A stretch of DNA of 64,000 nt from Octopus vulgaris (GCA_951406725.2 OX597831.1:6510001-6574000), one strand, 5' to 3'; positions 25,365 to 39,405 are shown, counted from the first letter of the stretch. The notes: generated by a model not told the origin, from the sequence alone. Program-made: numbers and translations.

Positions 25365-25814
25365 CTAATTAATGCTATCCTGTTTGAATTATATAAAATC
25401 ACTCCACAGCCATATTTTCTATCGATGATGCCTGCCATTTTGCCATTTCAAGCGTTGTTTCACTTCTTACTCCCACCTTCCTCTCCATTCTCTCAATCTC
25501 CTGCATTCTCTTTTTCTTTGCTTCTCCAACCAAACAACAAAGAAAAAAAAAGAAGACTCCACCCCCTCCTCCTACTCTCCTTCCACTTTCATTTTATTTC
25601 TTTTTTTTGTCTCTTTTCAGTGATTTATAAAAGTTGAATGTTTTTAAAACAAAATAAATGACTGATGTTAATTACCCAGAGACGCCATCTGCACAAGAAA
25701 CAATAGTTAAGTCTGTGCAGAATCGTTAAGCACGCCGGGCGAAATGCTTGCCAGTTTTTCATCTGCCGTTACGTTCTGAGTTCAAATTGCGCCGAGGTCG
25801 TCTTTGCCTTTGTT

Positions 25815-26343
25815 GAGTCCTTTTGCAATGGACTCAACAAGTTGGCATAGTCTTCTCCATCGATGGTGTGGTCCTTTCGAAGACAGTCAATGAACACAAG
25901 GTCTTTTGCATCCCCCAAAACTGATACCCTCACTTTCCCTGCGGATAAAATGACCTTGGCCTTCTTTAGAGCAGATGAGGAGTGTTTTCCCTGCATGGAT
26001 TGTCTTTTTTGTCTCTGGCCCAAATTGATGAGCCCAGCACTCATCCTGGTTTATGAAATGTTCCCCTTAATGTAGCAACTATGTCAGCTTGAATGACCTT
26101 GGAGGTTAAACCTTTTTTCTGAAGGTACTTGATCATACCACAATGCCAAATTTTGTTCATTTTTAAAGAGAAGTCTCACCTGGATACTTTCAAACTCTTT
26201 TTTCAAGAGTCAGATGTCAGTTTACCTGAAAAGAAACAATGCAGTTATTAATAGGAAGAAATTAAATTAATGCATGCAAGATTTCACAGCTCAAACATTA
26301 CTACTTTATGGTGAGCCTATGAACTTTTCAACCCACACTCGTG
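25815..26343 (-). mobile_element. mariner transposon remnant
   Basis: Encodes KKAKVILSAGKVRVSVLGDAKDLVFIDCL...TIDGEDYANLL; TIR-like cacgagtgtgggttgaaaagttcataggc at 26315-26343. Confidence 0.75.
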
Positions 26344-26375
26344 TGTGTGTGTATGTGTGTGTGTTGTTTTGACAT

Positions 26376-26780
26376 TCATCATCATCATCATCGTTTAACA
26401 TCTGTTTTCCATGCTAGCATGGGTTGGATGGTTTGACCGGGATCTGGGAAGCCAGGAGGCTGCACCGGGCTCCAGTCTGATCTGGCAGTGTTTTTACAGC
26501 TGGATGCCCTTCCCAACACCAACCACTCCATGAGTGTAGTGGGTGATTTTTACGTGCCACCGGCACAGGTGCCAGGGGAGGCTGGCAACAGCCACGATCA
26601 GTTGGTGCTTTTTACGTACCACTGGCTCGGAAGCCAATCGAGGCGGTGCTAGCATCAGCCACGTACGGATGGTGCCTTTTTTAGGTGCTAGGGTAGGCTG
26701 GCAATGGCCACAATTGGTTGGTGCTTTTTATGTGCCACTGGTATGGAAGCCAGTCAAGGCGTGGCTGGCATTGGCCATGA
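26376..26780 (-). mobile_element. (GAT)n-tailed RTE-related repeat
   Basis: Family consensus. Confidence 0.8.
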
Positions 26781-27255
26781 CATTGTGTGATATTTATAAA
26801 TGTGGGTCACCTACATACAAATAATGTCATTCATTTCCAACATTCTGCCAAAATATGTCCTCTGGTCATGGCGGGTTGGGTTGGGGGTGGGAATATTATC
26901 TTGCCTGGAAACAGATGAAGGTTGGTGACAGGAAGGGCATCCAGCTATATAAAATTTCCCTCAATGAACACCATTTGACTCATGTCAAACATGGAACAGA
27001 AAAGTTAGAAAAGATGATGATGATGATGACTTTTAATCAGCAGCAGTGATGACGATGGGGACCAGTGATGACGATGGGGACCAGTGATGACGATGGGGAC
27101 CAGTGATGACAGGGATCAGTAATTCACAGAAACGTCACTGATTTCTCTGTTTTAATTCCATCCTATATTTGTGTTTAACAACATCCAAGCATTCCGTGAT
27201 AACATCAGGCAATTCCTGTTGTTAAAGCCATAAAGCAATGAAATGCTTTAAACAG

Positions 27256-27712
27256 GAGTGTATATACAAGTGTGTGCATGTGTGTGTGTGTATAAGTGTA
27301 TGTATGTGTGTGTATAAGTGTATGTGTGTGTGTGTATATATACGTGTGTGTGTGTGTGTATAAAAGTATGTGTGTGTATATACGTGTGTGTGTGTGTGTA
27401 TAAAAGTGTGTGTGTATATACGTGTGTGTGTGTGTCTGTGTATAATTGTGTGTGTGTATATAAGTGTGTGTGTGTATAAAAGTGTGTGTATATAAGTATG
27501 TGTGTATATAAGTGTGTGTGTGTATAAAAGTGTGTGTGTATATAAGTGTGTGTGTGTATAAAAGTGTGTGTATATAAGTGTGTGTGTATATTAGTGTGTG
27601 TATATAAGTGTGTGTGTGTGTGTGTATAAAAGTGTGTGTGTATATAGGTATGTGTGTGCATGTGTGTGTGTGTATAAAAGTGTGTGTGTATATAAGTATG
27701 TGTGTATATATA
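27256..27712. repeat. Compound (TG)n/tataa satellite
   Basis: Repeated (tg)n-tataa(aa)g units. Confidence 0.9.
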
Positions 27713-28185
27713 AGCTGTTAGTCGTTTATTTGTTGTTGTTGTTGTTGTTGTTTTTGTTGTTGCTGCTGTTGTTTAGCTCTAGGCCGACCTTAAATGTTAC
27801 AACTGGAAACTAGAACACATAGTTTAGAAGATTGCAGCATCCATTGTTCTCTTCCTTTTTTTCTTTCTTTTAAAAATAAAAAAGGATTACAGGGTGTGAT
27901 TCGAAGGAAACTCAGTTGCTATTTCCAGCAGGTCCAGTAAGCACATAAAGGCTCTTTGTTAGGTGTGCTGGCATGTGTGTGTGTGTGTGTAAATAAATAC
28001 AAACATAGCTTGGACATAGCTTATAAGCTTCCATCACTCATAAATCTTCCATCACTCACAAATCTTCCATCACTCATAAATCTTCAAAGTTTCTTTTGAA
28101 CATAAACTTGATCAAAAACAACAGCATCAATGGCTTACATTATACATATATGTATGTGTATATATACATACACATATATATATAT

Positions 28186-28415
28186 ATTTCTTTATTGCCC
28201 ACAAGGGGCTGAACATAGAGGGGACAAACAAACACAGACAAATGGATTAAGTGGATTACATCAACCCCAGTGCGAAACTGGTACTTAATTTATCGACCCC
28301 GAAAGGATGAAAGTCAAAGTCGACCTCGGCGGAATTTGAACTCAGAACGTAACGACAGACGAAATACTGCTAAGCATTTCGCCCGGCGCGCTAATGTGTC
28401 TGCCAGCTCGTCGCC
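28186..28415 (-). mobile_element. SINE family B, full monomer
   Basis: Reverse complement of 55812-56044. Confidence 0.85.
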
Positions 28416-28499
28416 TCAGTTGGGGCTGCACACACACACACACACATACACATATATATATATATATATGCATGTGTGTGTGTGTGTGTGTGTGTGCAG

Positions 28500-28870
28500 C
28501 CCCAACTGAGGGACCAGCTATCCAAATCGACGGTAGCTTGGTAGATAAAGCAATTAAGGATATGAAGGCAGAGGAAGCGGCCCCTTCCACCACCCCACCC
28601 CAGCCCATCAGGAATCACCACTGAGATGCTTAAAATCTCTGCCAGAGTGGGATGTGGCCAAGTCACCCACATTAGTCTATCAGGTTGTCCACAGGGATGG
28701 AATCCCAACGACTGGTATAGCAGAACTGCTATAATGGTAAAAGAGTGATGCCTTAGACAGAAATAATTACAGAGGCATCAAATTGCCGGACCAGTCTAGA
28801 TGAGATGCAGTTTGGTTTTGTGCCAGGAAGAGGCACAACTGATGCTATATTCCTGATGCTATATTCCTAT
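28500..28870 (+). mobile_element. RTE-clade reverse transcriptase fragment, decayed
   Basis: Encodes NNYRGIKL and LDEMQFGFVPGRGTTDAIF motifs. Confidence 0.8.
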
Positions 28871-29675
28871 ATATACACAGGTGTGTATGATTGTGTATAG
28901 AAAAATATATTACTCAAAGAAATTCCAACTTTGTCTGATTTTCACATTTTATTTACAATCTTATAATAATCTAATATAATCTTATAATAATACAATACAA
29001 TATAATCTTATAATACAATCTTATAATAATATAAAATAATGAAATGCTAGAATATTAAATGTCTGTTCTGATTGAACTAGTACTTTCATGCATTAAACTA
29101 TGCAATCTTCAGGTTCATGTAGTAGCGGTGACAGTTACGTTTTACAATTTACAACTGTGGCAATATGGCTAATATAAGAAAGAAAAAAAAAAATTCACAA
29201 ATGCAAATATGAATTGCAAAAGCAGAAATTGAATTTATTGCATCAAGTGCCCAAATTGTGAAGAACTATAAGTAGGTCAGACTGGAAATGCACTATCAGA
29301 CATTCACGTGTGTGCTGACTGCAAATTAGAGACCCAGATGTCTGTCAGATACCTTTGAGTAACTATTTAGCAATGTGCAGTCAGAAAATATTTATAAAAG
29401 TTCCATTCTACAAACAACGCAGTACAAGTAAAATTGGAAGAAAAATCAGAGAAAAGAACTTTATTAATAAATTCCAACTGAAGCTAAATACACAATAATA
29501 CTAATACTTAGAGGTACTATTTCTACTGCTACGACTACTAACACTAACAACAACAAGAATACTGAAGGTGCTCATGATGATGATGATAAGCAGGAAAATT
29601 CTAGTTAAGTCAAGAGAAAAGCCAGTAAAAATTATCTTATTTTTGGGTTTAAAGTTCTATTAACACAGCTACTCC

Positions 29676-29892
<217 letters not shown>

Positions 29893-30757
29893 GAAATGTA
29901 AAAATCCCTGGGAAATGTTGTTTACAACATTTCTAAAAATAGCTTAACAATTACTGCTTTGGCCAGGATCAAAATACAGGTCACTTGAAATGTTCAACAA
30001 ACCGTGACGCCTAAACCAAACACCAATCAACTTAAGTAATTTAGTAAAATCACACACTGATTGGTCAGAATACAGTTTGCAAGAATTAACATTCTTCAGT
30101 CTATAAAAATGTATTTGAGGCACACAGTTTAGCCAACTCACTACAGTCGTAGATTGTAAAACACAACTGTCACCACTTCTACATGAACCAGAAGATTGCA
30201 TTGTTTAATGCATGAAAGTCCTAGTTCAATCAGAATGGACATTTGATATTCTATCATTTCATTGTATTGTATTATTATTATAAGATTGTAAATAAAACAT
30301 GAAAATCAGACAAAGTTGGAATTTCTTTATATATATATATGTTGTCATATTTCGTATTTCATGTTGTTTGTGTTCTGTGATGTCCTGTGCCCATATATGT
30401 ATATATATGTATATCGTTACACATATATTTGTAAGTATGTACATATATGTTTGTCCATACTTACACTCATTCACCACATCCTCACCAAACACCTCATTGA
30501 TGTTTCAAGCTGTCTGGGATGCATTGGTTCCACGACAGAATTCATATTCATAAACAACACAAACTTTTGATCTATCCATCAGTTCACAAAAATTGATTTA
30601 CAAGAAAAAGCTCACAATATAATCAGACACCATGAATTGCATTTCAAAAAGTGATGATGAATTAACTCTTCAATATTGTAAAAGAAAGAATTGTCAGGAT
30701 AAAACATTAGAGTTAACGATTGTCAAACTTGGTGCATAAGAAAATCAGACATTACAT

Positions 30758-30802
<45 letters not shown>

Positions 30803-31706
30803 AGAACACAAGTGGGTTTGAATGTTAACTACAGCTGTTTCAGACACATTCTTCATTGATGAATAAGATGGCTAACAACAAGGGCTGTTCTACTCCAAGT
30901 TAAATTTTGATCACCTGAAGAAAATGTCTTTTTCCATCATGTAATTATTGTAATTGAACTCTTCCTCAATAAAGAAGGCATCCTGAAACAGACGTAGGGA
31001 ACCTTTGAACCCATTTGTGTTCTTTTATACAAACACCAGACCAGGAACCTTCACTGTGGTGGATTAAGAACTTACATTGAATTGTGAACCAACATGCATG
31101 GATGTATAAGTATATATAGAGATTTTGTATATGAGACATTATCCTGGTTATTTACATCCCTTTAAACAAGGTCCATTAATTATATTAATTGAGTGGTTAA
31201 CACTGAAGTGTCATTGTCTCTCAATGAAAGCCACTTGGCTCTAATCATTTCCACTCAATGTCGTCTGCAACAATAAAACACAACAAAAACGACCCAAGGC
31301 CAGCCTCTCCAGATGTCCTACTTTTCTAGCATTTGTCCCACTTTTTAAACTAAAATCCCTGTGACCCTTCAAGAATAATCGTGAATGGTGGTGGTGGGGG
31401 GTATTTTTCTTAAAATTTTATTTTAATTGCAGAATAATTTTTCATGTTTTCCAGATAGAATTTATGATATTAAATGTTTTAATTCCTATAAATCTTTCAG
31501 CTTTTAGAAAATATGGATTTGTTTTCAAATTTGTTTATTTAGTTATGGTTAAAATAGGAATATTTAATGTCAGTGATTAATCATATTTTTGTTTGTTTTT
31601 ATTCTTTATCCATCTTAATTATTTTAATTTGGTTTGTTTTTCCAATAAATAATTAACAAGGTACATTGTCAATAATTCAGATTCATCCTAAAAGTTGTAT
31701 GATAGA

Positions 31707-32322
31707 AATGTGTGTGTGTGTGTGTGTGTGTGTTGTGTGTGTGTGTGTGTGTGTGGATGTGTGTGTGTGTGTGTGCATGTGTGTGGATGTGTGCATGTGT
31801 GTGGATGTGTGCGTGTGTGTGTGGATGTGTGTGTGTGTGTGGATGTGTGTGTGTGTGCATGTGTGTGTGTGCATGTGTGTGTGTGTGTGTGTACATGTGT
31901 GTGTGTGTGCATGTGTGTGTGTGGATGTGTGTGTGTGTGTGTGTGTACATGTGTGTGTGTGTGTGCATGTGTGTGTGTGTGGATGTGTGTGTGTGTGTGT
32001 ACATGTGTGTGTGTGTGCGTGTGTGTGTGTGTGCATGTGTGTGTGTGTGTGTGTACATGTGTGTGTGTGTGCATGTGTGTGTGTGTGGATGTGTGTGTAC
32101 ATGTGTGTGTGTGTGCATGTGTGTGTGTGTGTGTGTACATGTGTGTGTGTGTGCATGTATGTGTGTGTGGATGTGTGTGTGTGTGTGCATGTGTGTGTGT
32201 GTGGATGTGTGTGTACATGTGTGTGTGTGTGCATGTGTGTGTGTGTGTGTGTGTGTACATGTGTGTGTGTGTGCATGTGTGTGTGTGCATGTGTGTGTGT
32301 GTGGATGTGTGTGTGTGTGTGT
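31707..32322. repeat. (TG)n-derived satellite punctuated by gga/gca/taca
   Basis: Seen directly; source of the long C/V and H/T ORFs. Confidence 0.95.
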
Positions 32323-32352
32323 CCAATGTATGCAGCTGAAACAGTATTCTTT

Positions 32353-32756
32353 TATTCTTTTATTCATTTCAGTCATTTGACTGCGGCCATGCTGGAGCAC
32401 CGCCTTTAGTTGAGCAAATCAACCCCAGGATTTATTCTTTGTGAGCCTAGTACTTATTCTATCGGACTCTTTTTGCTGAACCGCTAAGTTACGGGGACGT
32501 AAACACACCAGCATCAGTTGTCAAGCATTGTTGGGGGGGACAAACACAGACACAAACACACACACACACACACACACATACATATATATACGATGGGCTT
32601 CTTTCAGTTTCCGTCTACCAAATCCACTCACAAGACTTTGGCACCTTGTGCAAGTGTCTTCTACTATGGCCTCGGGCCGACCAAAGCCTTGTGAGTGGAT
32701 TTGGTAGATGGAAACTGAAAGAAGCCCATCGTATATATGTATACACACACACACAC

Positions 32757-32808
<52 letters not shown>

Positions 32809-33016
32809 ATATGTTTTTGTGTCTGTGTTTGTCCCCCCAACATCGCTTGACAACCGATGCTGGTGTGTTTACGTCCCCGTAACTGAGCGGTTCGACGAAA
32901 GAGACCGATAGAATAAGTACTAGGCTTGAAAAGAATAAGTCCTGGGGTCGATTTGCTCGACTAAAGGCGGTGCTCCAGCATGGCCTCAGTCAAATGACTG
33001 AAACAAATAAAAGAAT
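32353..33016. mobile_element. Inverted pair of headless SINE A copies
   Basis: 32353-32641 (minus) is joined to 32641-33016 (plus). Confidence 0.85.
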
Positions 33017-33150
33017 GTGTGTATGCATGTGAAATATTTCAAGGGAGATAACTTCAGCTTGAATAATAGTTATCTCCCCTGAAATATCTTTTTTCTTTTT
33101 TTTTCTAGTTTCGGTTAATTTTTTAAAACTTTTAACTGAACCGTCAACGG

Positions 33151-33768
33151 CAGAGGTTCTCGACCGTCTTTATTTATTGACTCCTCTGTCTACTATCTTG
33201 TTCTGGTGGACCCCCATAGCCATTCGATGTTTAAAAACCTCTTTTATAGACCTCTTCTTTTGTGTTTCACACGTTAACTTCTGTAGATTCAAATTGTGTA
33301 AAATGTTAGAGAAAGAAACCTAAGCCTCTTTCTTGCAATACATTTAAAGCTGCATTTTTTTCAGGGGTCCTTAATATACGGATCTTTTCGCTTTGACCGG
33401 CAGATTTTTAAAATAATTTCTATGTAACTAAAAAATTTTAAACTTCGTTTACTGGTAGAATGTGTTTTTAAAACATCTTTTTCTCTTGGCTAAAAGCAGC
33501 CAGAAAATGTTACGGCAGAAATTGTGTTCACCTCAATGGACGTCATTGATTGGTTGAAATTGCCGAAATGCAAGAAATTAAACAACAAATATGTTACAAA
33601 CTACAGAATTTTCTCAAGAAAGCCAAGAGAAAAAGATGATCTATAAACACATTCTACCAGTATACGAAGTTAAAAATTTTTTAGTTGCATAGAAATTATT
33701 TTAAAAATCTGCCAGCCAAAGTGAAAAGTTCCTGAAATACTCATATGGACCCTGGTTGAGAACCACTG
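33151..33768. mobile_element. hAT-like MITE containing a nested long-TIR MITE (33380-33732)
   Basis: Outer TIRs cagaggttctcgacc / ggttgagaaccactg; inner ~110-bp imperfect inverted arms. Confidence 0.65.
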
Positions 33769-33789
33769 GTCTATAGAAATATCAGAAAT

Positions 33790-34700
33790 GGAAGGCAGCA
33801 CCAGATTTGCCGATTTGGGAAGACGTACGATATTTGGAAGGCTACTCTTAATATCAATCCACTGAGCATGGGAGGATGTACAAGAACAAATATAATGGAT
33901 GACGTCTGGGAGAAAGTGTTATCACCAATTTGTGAACAATTTCAAAGACTTTGACATAACTGAATGCAATCAAACATGGGCATGGACACATTGAAACTCC
34001 GACGTCTGGCAGCTGACTTGGCAGATACCTATAAGATTATTAACCATCTTACAAACAATAACTCTGAGCACCTTTTCAAACTCCACCTGTCTAACACCCG
34101 TGGACATATTTACAAAGTCAGAAAACAGCACAGCTCCCATGACTTTCGGAAACATTTTTTCACGCTAAGAGTTGCTGAAACATAGAACAGATTGCCGGCA
34201 TCAGTTGTTAGTTGTCGGAGCACAGCATCCTTCAAAACTTCCATGCTTCCTGAGATTCGCCAACACTACACCTGATTTTCTCCCCTCCATACACACGCAA
34301 GCATGTATCTGACTCATACACTGTTCGCTTCCCAGACATTTGTACATTACTGCATATGCTTTATATGCACTTTTGACAAGTTGTGGTGCACCTGAGCACT
34401 GTATACAATAATTTCATTATTATTATTATTATTATTATCAAAAGAACTGAACATGTTTTTGTAGCAGGAAGATTCTTATACATTAATTGATGCTAGCAAG
34501 CAACCACTGGCAAATGAACAGTTGATGCAGCTTCATAAACAGCAAGCGGAGGTGCACCAACTGGAACAAGAACCAAGACATTTCATCAACAAAATGCAGC
34601 TTCAAGGAGATGGATTCCAAATTCTGAGTCATTTACTAAAATTATGGGGGCTGTATCACAACACTTACGCTTCATATACCTTGCATGACAAGAAGAGTAA
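33790..34700 (+). pseudogene. pogo/Tigger-like transposase C-terminal remnant, split by CR1
   Basis: Frameshifted pieces KTYDIWKATLNI, AWEDV, DDVWEKV, FVNNFKDF and PLANEQLMQL resemble Tigger C-termini. Confidence 0.5.
33974..34438 (+). mobile_element. CR1-like LINE 3' fragment
   Basis: Highly similar to 5863-6295; (TTA)n tail. Confidence 0.85.
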
Positions 34701-35887
34701 AACCCGTCAAGGTGTTGTAGATAAGTTGTTGCTGCACATCAAAAGTCTAAATTGGAAATGTCTAATGATTAACTGATCGATTCCTTCCACTTTAATGCCA
34801 ATACTGTATTCCACACTTCTCTACTTCTGGTCAATCAAGAGCACCAACCTCACCAATAAGATTTTAAAAAATTTTTAATATTTTATTTCAAGTTATGTCC
34901 TTATTGGAGCTAAATCACATCTCTTAGAACCAGCCACATAGCCAGCCGATTGCAACTGGGGGTGCTATCTTGATGGCTAGGGGTGCTGAACAAGGGTTTG
35001 GAAAAAAGCCCCTACTTAAAGTGTGAAAGTGCTTATATTCTTTTTTTTTTCACATTTCTTGATGCCTAGTCTGCTCAAAACTTCTCATATATTTCGGTTT
35101 TTTTTCATTTTACTTGTTGCAATCATCAAACTGAGGCCATGCTGGGGCATCACCTCGAAAAACTTTTAGTCGAATGTATCGACTCCAATATTTTTTTTTA
35201 TGATTTTCAACAAGCACATAGTTAAACCTAAAAGGTCTTTCCACATGCTAGAGATAACAGCTTAATCTTTAAACATTATTTTTATATAATTTCAAATAAA
35301 CAAAAACAAACTGTGGTTGTAAAAAAAAAATCACTTTCATACTTTAACTATGGGGGATTTGTTTGAGGGGCTTTTGTCTTAGGGAGCTTTTCTTCCTTTT
35401 TTACTCCTGCCCCATCATTGATATCCTCTTTTAATAGCCAGAACAATCTCATTTATTTATTCCTTTTCCCCATTCTATCTCTAAGGCTTATATCAGCAAC
35501 ATCTTTCTGTTTAAAACAGTAGGTGCCTATTTGAAGGAAACTTGGCTGTTGTTTATAGCAGTGTTAGTTCTCATCTTAAGAATTCTTCACTGACTTGTCA
35601 CAAACTGTAAATTATCCATTAAGGTACACATACATACACACACACAGATACACACATATACACATACATACATACACACACATATACACATATATACACA
35701 CACTTTTAAGGTCTAAACCGAAATATTAGTAAACTTTTTTTGCTTTTTTTTTCATACTTCAGTGTGTCAAAAATCAAAATTAAAATGAACTCATTGAAAT
35801 GTTTAAATAACCTTTCACCTTCCTGCTTTTCTGTGAATTTATTAACTCTAAGTATCAAATATATTTATATCATCTATCTATCTATCA

Positions 35888-36112
35888 ATATATATATATA
35901 TCACCTTGACCGACCAGTCCGTCAGACGTCCATTTGACACCACTGGTCACAGCACGCTGTACACTCCTCTCTGGATCGCGCCTTTCTCATCCACATGATC
36001 CCAATCGTCCTCCTGAAATCGTAACTCCACCGTCGTAAAGGCCTTTTGGGTGGTCGTTTCCGCTCGCGCGGGTACCACTCGACAACTGCGCGGGTCCACC
36101 GATTAGAGCCGG
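35888..36112 (-). mobile_element. RTE-clade LINE 3' fragment
   Basis: Encodes NRWTRAVVEWYPRERKRPPKRPLRRW; same family as 4241-4472. Confidence 0.8.
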
Positions 36113-36518
36113 GCGACGTGTCCAGCCCATCTAAACTTGCTGCGTGTATACTCTGCAATTGACATCCCTCATGACTTTTTTGTGATGATCTCGCATGCTG
36201 CCTTTTTATATCACACAGAGTTTAATATCAAATTTACACAACAAAGATGGAATGGCAGTTTATAAACATCTCCCCATCACCACCATCACCACTTGCTTTC
36301 ATTAAAAAAATATTTTGAACAGGGGTTTATTATTCAAATTAACAAATGCAACATGACCACCACCCATCCCCTTTTAGACATTTGCATGGACTAATGGAGC
36401 CTGCATTGAAGACAAAGTCAATGTTGGCAGCATTTGAACTGAAAAGAACCAGAAAGAAAACAATGCCATTCAGCATTTTGTCCAATGCAAGAATGATTCC
36501 GCCAACTGACCATTTTAA

Positions 36519-36739
36519 CCCTTTTGTTATCAACCTGGCTGAAACTGGCTCTGGCTCTGTAGTACAAATGTCTTGTTTTCATAAGTTTTTAATTAAAATC
36601 TTCCACCAAACCTTAGTCACAATTTATGTTCCTAACACTAGCTGAATGATAACTAAGTTATTTTACTAAATTCTTTGTTATATTTAAAGTAATTGAAAGA
36701 AACACAGAGCATCTCAAAATAAATACAGTAACGAAAGGG
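36519..36739 (+). mobile_element. piggyBac-like MITE
   Basis: TTAA|cccttttgtta ... taacgaaaggg|ttag; inverted copy at 62627-62848. Confidence 0.75.
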
Positions 36740-37077
36740 TTAGACATAAAGAATGGAATCACATGGGATCTGGGCATCACATCAATTCTGTTTCACTTCA
36801 ATGAGGATAATACCATATCCTAGTTAAAATTTCTTTTCTTTTTTTTTGAAAAGGTGTTTGAAATATAAATATTGTATAAATAATGGTTTAAATATTTGGC
36901 AGAATGAGTGACTATGTAAGAGCTCCATTGGTGGTGTTGAATTCTGCAGACGGTAGTTAATTAGTGTTAACATATCTGTAAGACTGGGTAAAAAGATTCA
37001 CTCTTGTGACATTCCTAGTAATTGTTACTTTTATGTTATACTTGGGGATGGTCATATTTTTTTGCCAATTAACCACA

Positions 37078-37557
37078 CAACACCATTCGAGCATGATTGT
37101 TACCTGTGTCGCCCTACTGGCACTTGTGCTGGTGGCACGTGAAAAAAACATTTGAGCGAGGTCGTTGTCGTTGCCAGTGCCACTGGACTGACTCCTCTGC
37201 AGGTGGCACATAAAAAACACCAACTGATCGTGGCCGTTGCCACCCTCATCTGCCAGTACCGTCTGACTGGCCCTCGTGCTGGTGGCACGTAAAAGAATCC
37301 ACTACACTCTTGGAGTGGTTGGCATTAGGAAGGGATCCAGCAGTAGAAACTCTGCCAGATCAGATTGGAGCTTGTGGCACGTAAAAGCACCCACTACACT
37401 CTTGGAGTAGTTGGCGTTAGGAAGGGCATCCAGCTGTAGAAACACTGCCAGATCAGATTGGAGTTTGGTGCAGCCTCCTGGCTTGCCAGCCCTCAGTCAA
37501 ATCTTCCAACTCATGCCAGCATGGAAAGTGGACGTTAAACAATGATGATGATGATGA
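37078..37557 (+). mobile_element. (GAT)n-tailed RTE-related repeat with an internal ~90-bp duplication
   Basis: Family consensus; the ccactacactcttggag...cagattggag segment occurs twice. Confidence 0.8.
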
Positions 37558-38512
37558 TTTCAAAGAAGACCCATGACACTTGTAAATACTCAGAACCCTG
37601 TTCCACTGAACTCCTTTAACATCCCTTGTGAGCTAACAATGCTCTCAAGGAGACAGGTTAAGACCCACTGGTAGAGAGGGTCCTATACAGGCTTTGGACA
37701 AACTGTAAACTGTCCCTTAAGGGACTCATACACACACATACACACACGCACGCACATTCATGAAATTCATTTTCAGAAATGAAAACCAAAACCATTTCAA
37801 AGTTTTGTGAACAAAACTAATATTTTTCAAAAATAGCTTGAGTTGCATAAAAAGCTTTGTGACGAAAAAATAAAACACGAAACCATTTTAAAAGATAAAT
37901 GTTTTAGTTTACTCTGACAATCACAGAAAAAACAAATATCAATACAGCTTGGTGTATGTGTATGTGTGTGTGTGTATGTGTGCAATACTTGGCTAGGTGT
38001 GCATATTGCAATTCTATGGCTATACACAGAAGTGTTGTAGTGGTAGTAGTAGTAGTAGTAGTAGTAGTAGTCTCAACTGAAGAAGGTATAAAGCTAGCTG
38101 CAGAGTGTTTATGATTAACAAGACTGGGAGGGGACGGCACTGTGGGTGCAATATGTACAGCAGTGTGTGTGTGTGTGTATGTGTGTTTGTAAGAGAGAAA
38201 GATTGGCAGACAATTCTACACATTTCAGCAAAAAGTTTTGTACAAATTTTTCAGTTATTTTTGTTTTGCAAATACAGAAAGAAAAAAAATAAATAAATAC
38301 ATAGAAATGTCTTCTTTTTTTCTTTTTTAAAGGTGGGGAAGGAATATTATGTGGTATATGGGGAGGGGGGATCATATGGTAGATGGGGGGTGGGAGCAGG
38401 GCCAACTGAATTAAGATGAAACTTAAAATATCCTTATGAAGGACTTTTATCAAATTATTCTATTTTATTTGCATTAAAAAAATTAAATATGACAAATAAT
38501 AAAATTGAATTA

Positions 38513-38546
<34 letters not shown>

Positions 38547-39013
38547 TGTCAGAATTTCACAACTATTCCACTTCTTGCAGTAATTTCGTGGCCATTTCAT
38601 TTATTCTTCCTTCATAAATTTCGTGATCTCAGAACTTCAGAACAGGCTTGGTTTTTTTTTTTTTTTTACAAATAAGTAAAACATCAAAAGTGATACAAAG
38701 AAAGAGAAAAAAAGAAGTGGGGGACTGGGGTGGGGAGGACTAAGAAAAAATAAGAAAAATGAGAGAAAAACTAAAAACACGAGGACAAGAGAAAGAATTG
38801 AATAAATCCAGTCCAAAGTCCATTTTTTTAGTTTTATCAGTTGTTATTGAGCATTTGTTGGTGTTAACTGATCTATAAGTTGTACTGGTGGTGGTAGTGG
38901 TGGTGGTGGTAATTGTAATAGTGGCCACAATGTCATACAGCAGTGAGGTGCATTCTTAACTGATGCATTGGTCAAGTCTATTTAGTTAATAATAATAATA
39001 ATGATAATAAAAA

Positions 39014-39045
<32 letters not shown>

Positions 39046-39255
39046 CTAATTGTCTAAAATATTCCCATTAGTCAATAGTAAGAATTTGTTTGTGTGTGCA
39101 TCACCATCATCATCATCATCGTCAGTAAGAGAAAGTCAGTTGCAGAAGTTAACTTTTTCAACGGTTGTCATCATCATCATCATCATTATCATCATCAGAA
39201 ACAGTTTAATCCCTCCACGGGGTGTTGTTACTTGACCCTGAAAGGGATTTCGACT

Positions 39256-39405
39256 TTAGCAGTTACTTTCACTTTCACCGCTGTTCACTCGTTGCCTGAT
39301 TGAGCAGATTTCTTCTTCCAGTTGCCGAATCCGTTTGTCCTTCATGGACATTTGTTCCTTTAGGCTTTTGATCTCTTCCACTTGTTGAAAGTAGGCTTTG
39401 CGTAG
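39256..39405 (-). CDS. CORO2B: Type II coronin-like, last coding exon (coiled coil)
   Basis: Acceptor ttttcttcttcag; encodes LRKAYFQQVEEIKSLKEQMSMKDKRIRQLEEEICSIRQRVNSGESESNC*. This resembles the CORO2A/2B C-terminal coiled coil (recalled, not searched). Confidence 0.85.
   Translation of the reverse strand, partial: LRKAYFQQVEEIKSLKEQMSMKDKRIRQLEEEICSIRQRVNSGESESNC

Noticed and set aside
31666-32409. Long ORFs in all six frames (C/V- or H/T-rich)
   Set aside because: Translation of a (TG)n satellite; the same applies at 21.3, 27.3 and 54.4 kb.
38464-38469. AATAAA on the minus strand as the coronin poly(A) signal
   Set aside because: Plausible, but the hexamer is too frequent in this AT-rich DNA to call without 3'-end data.
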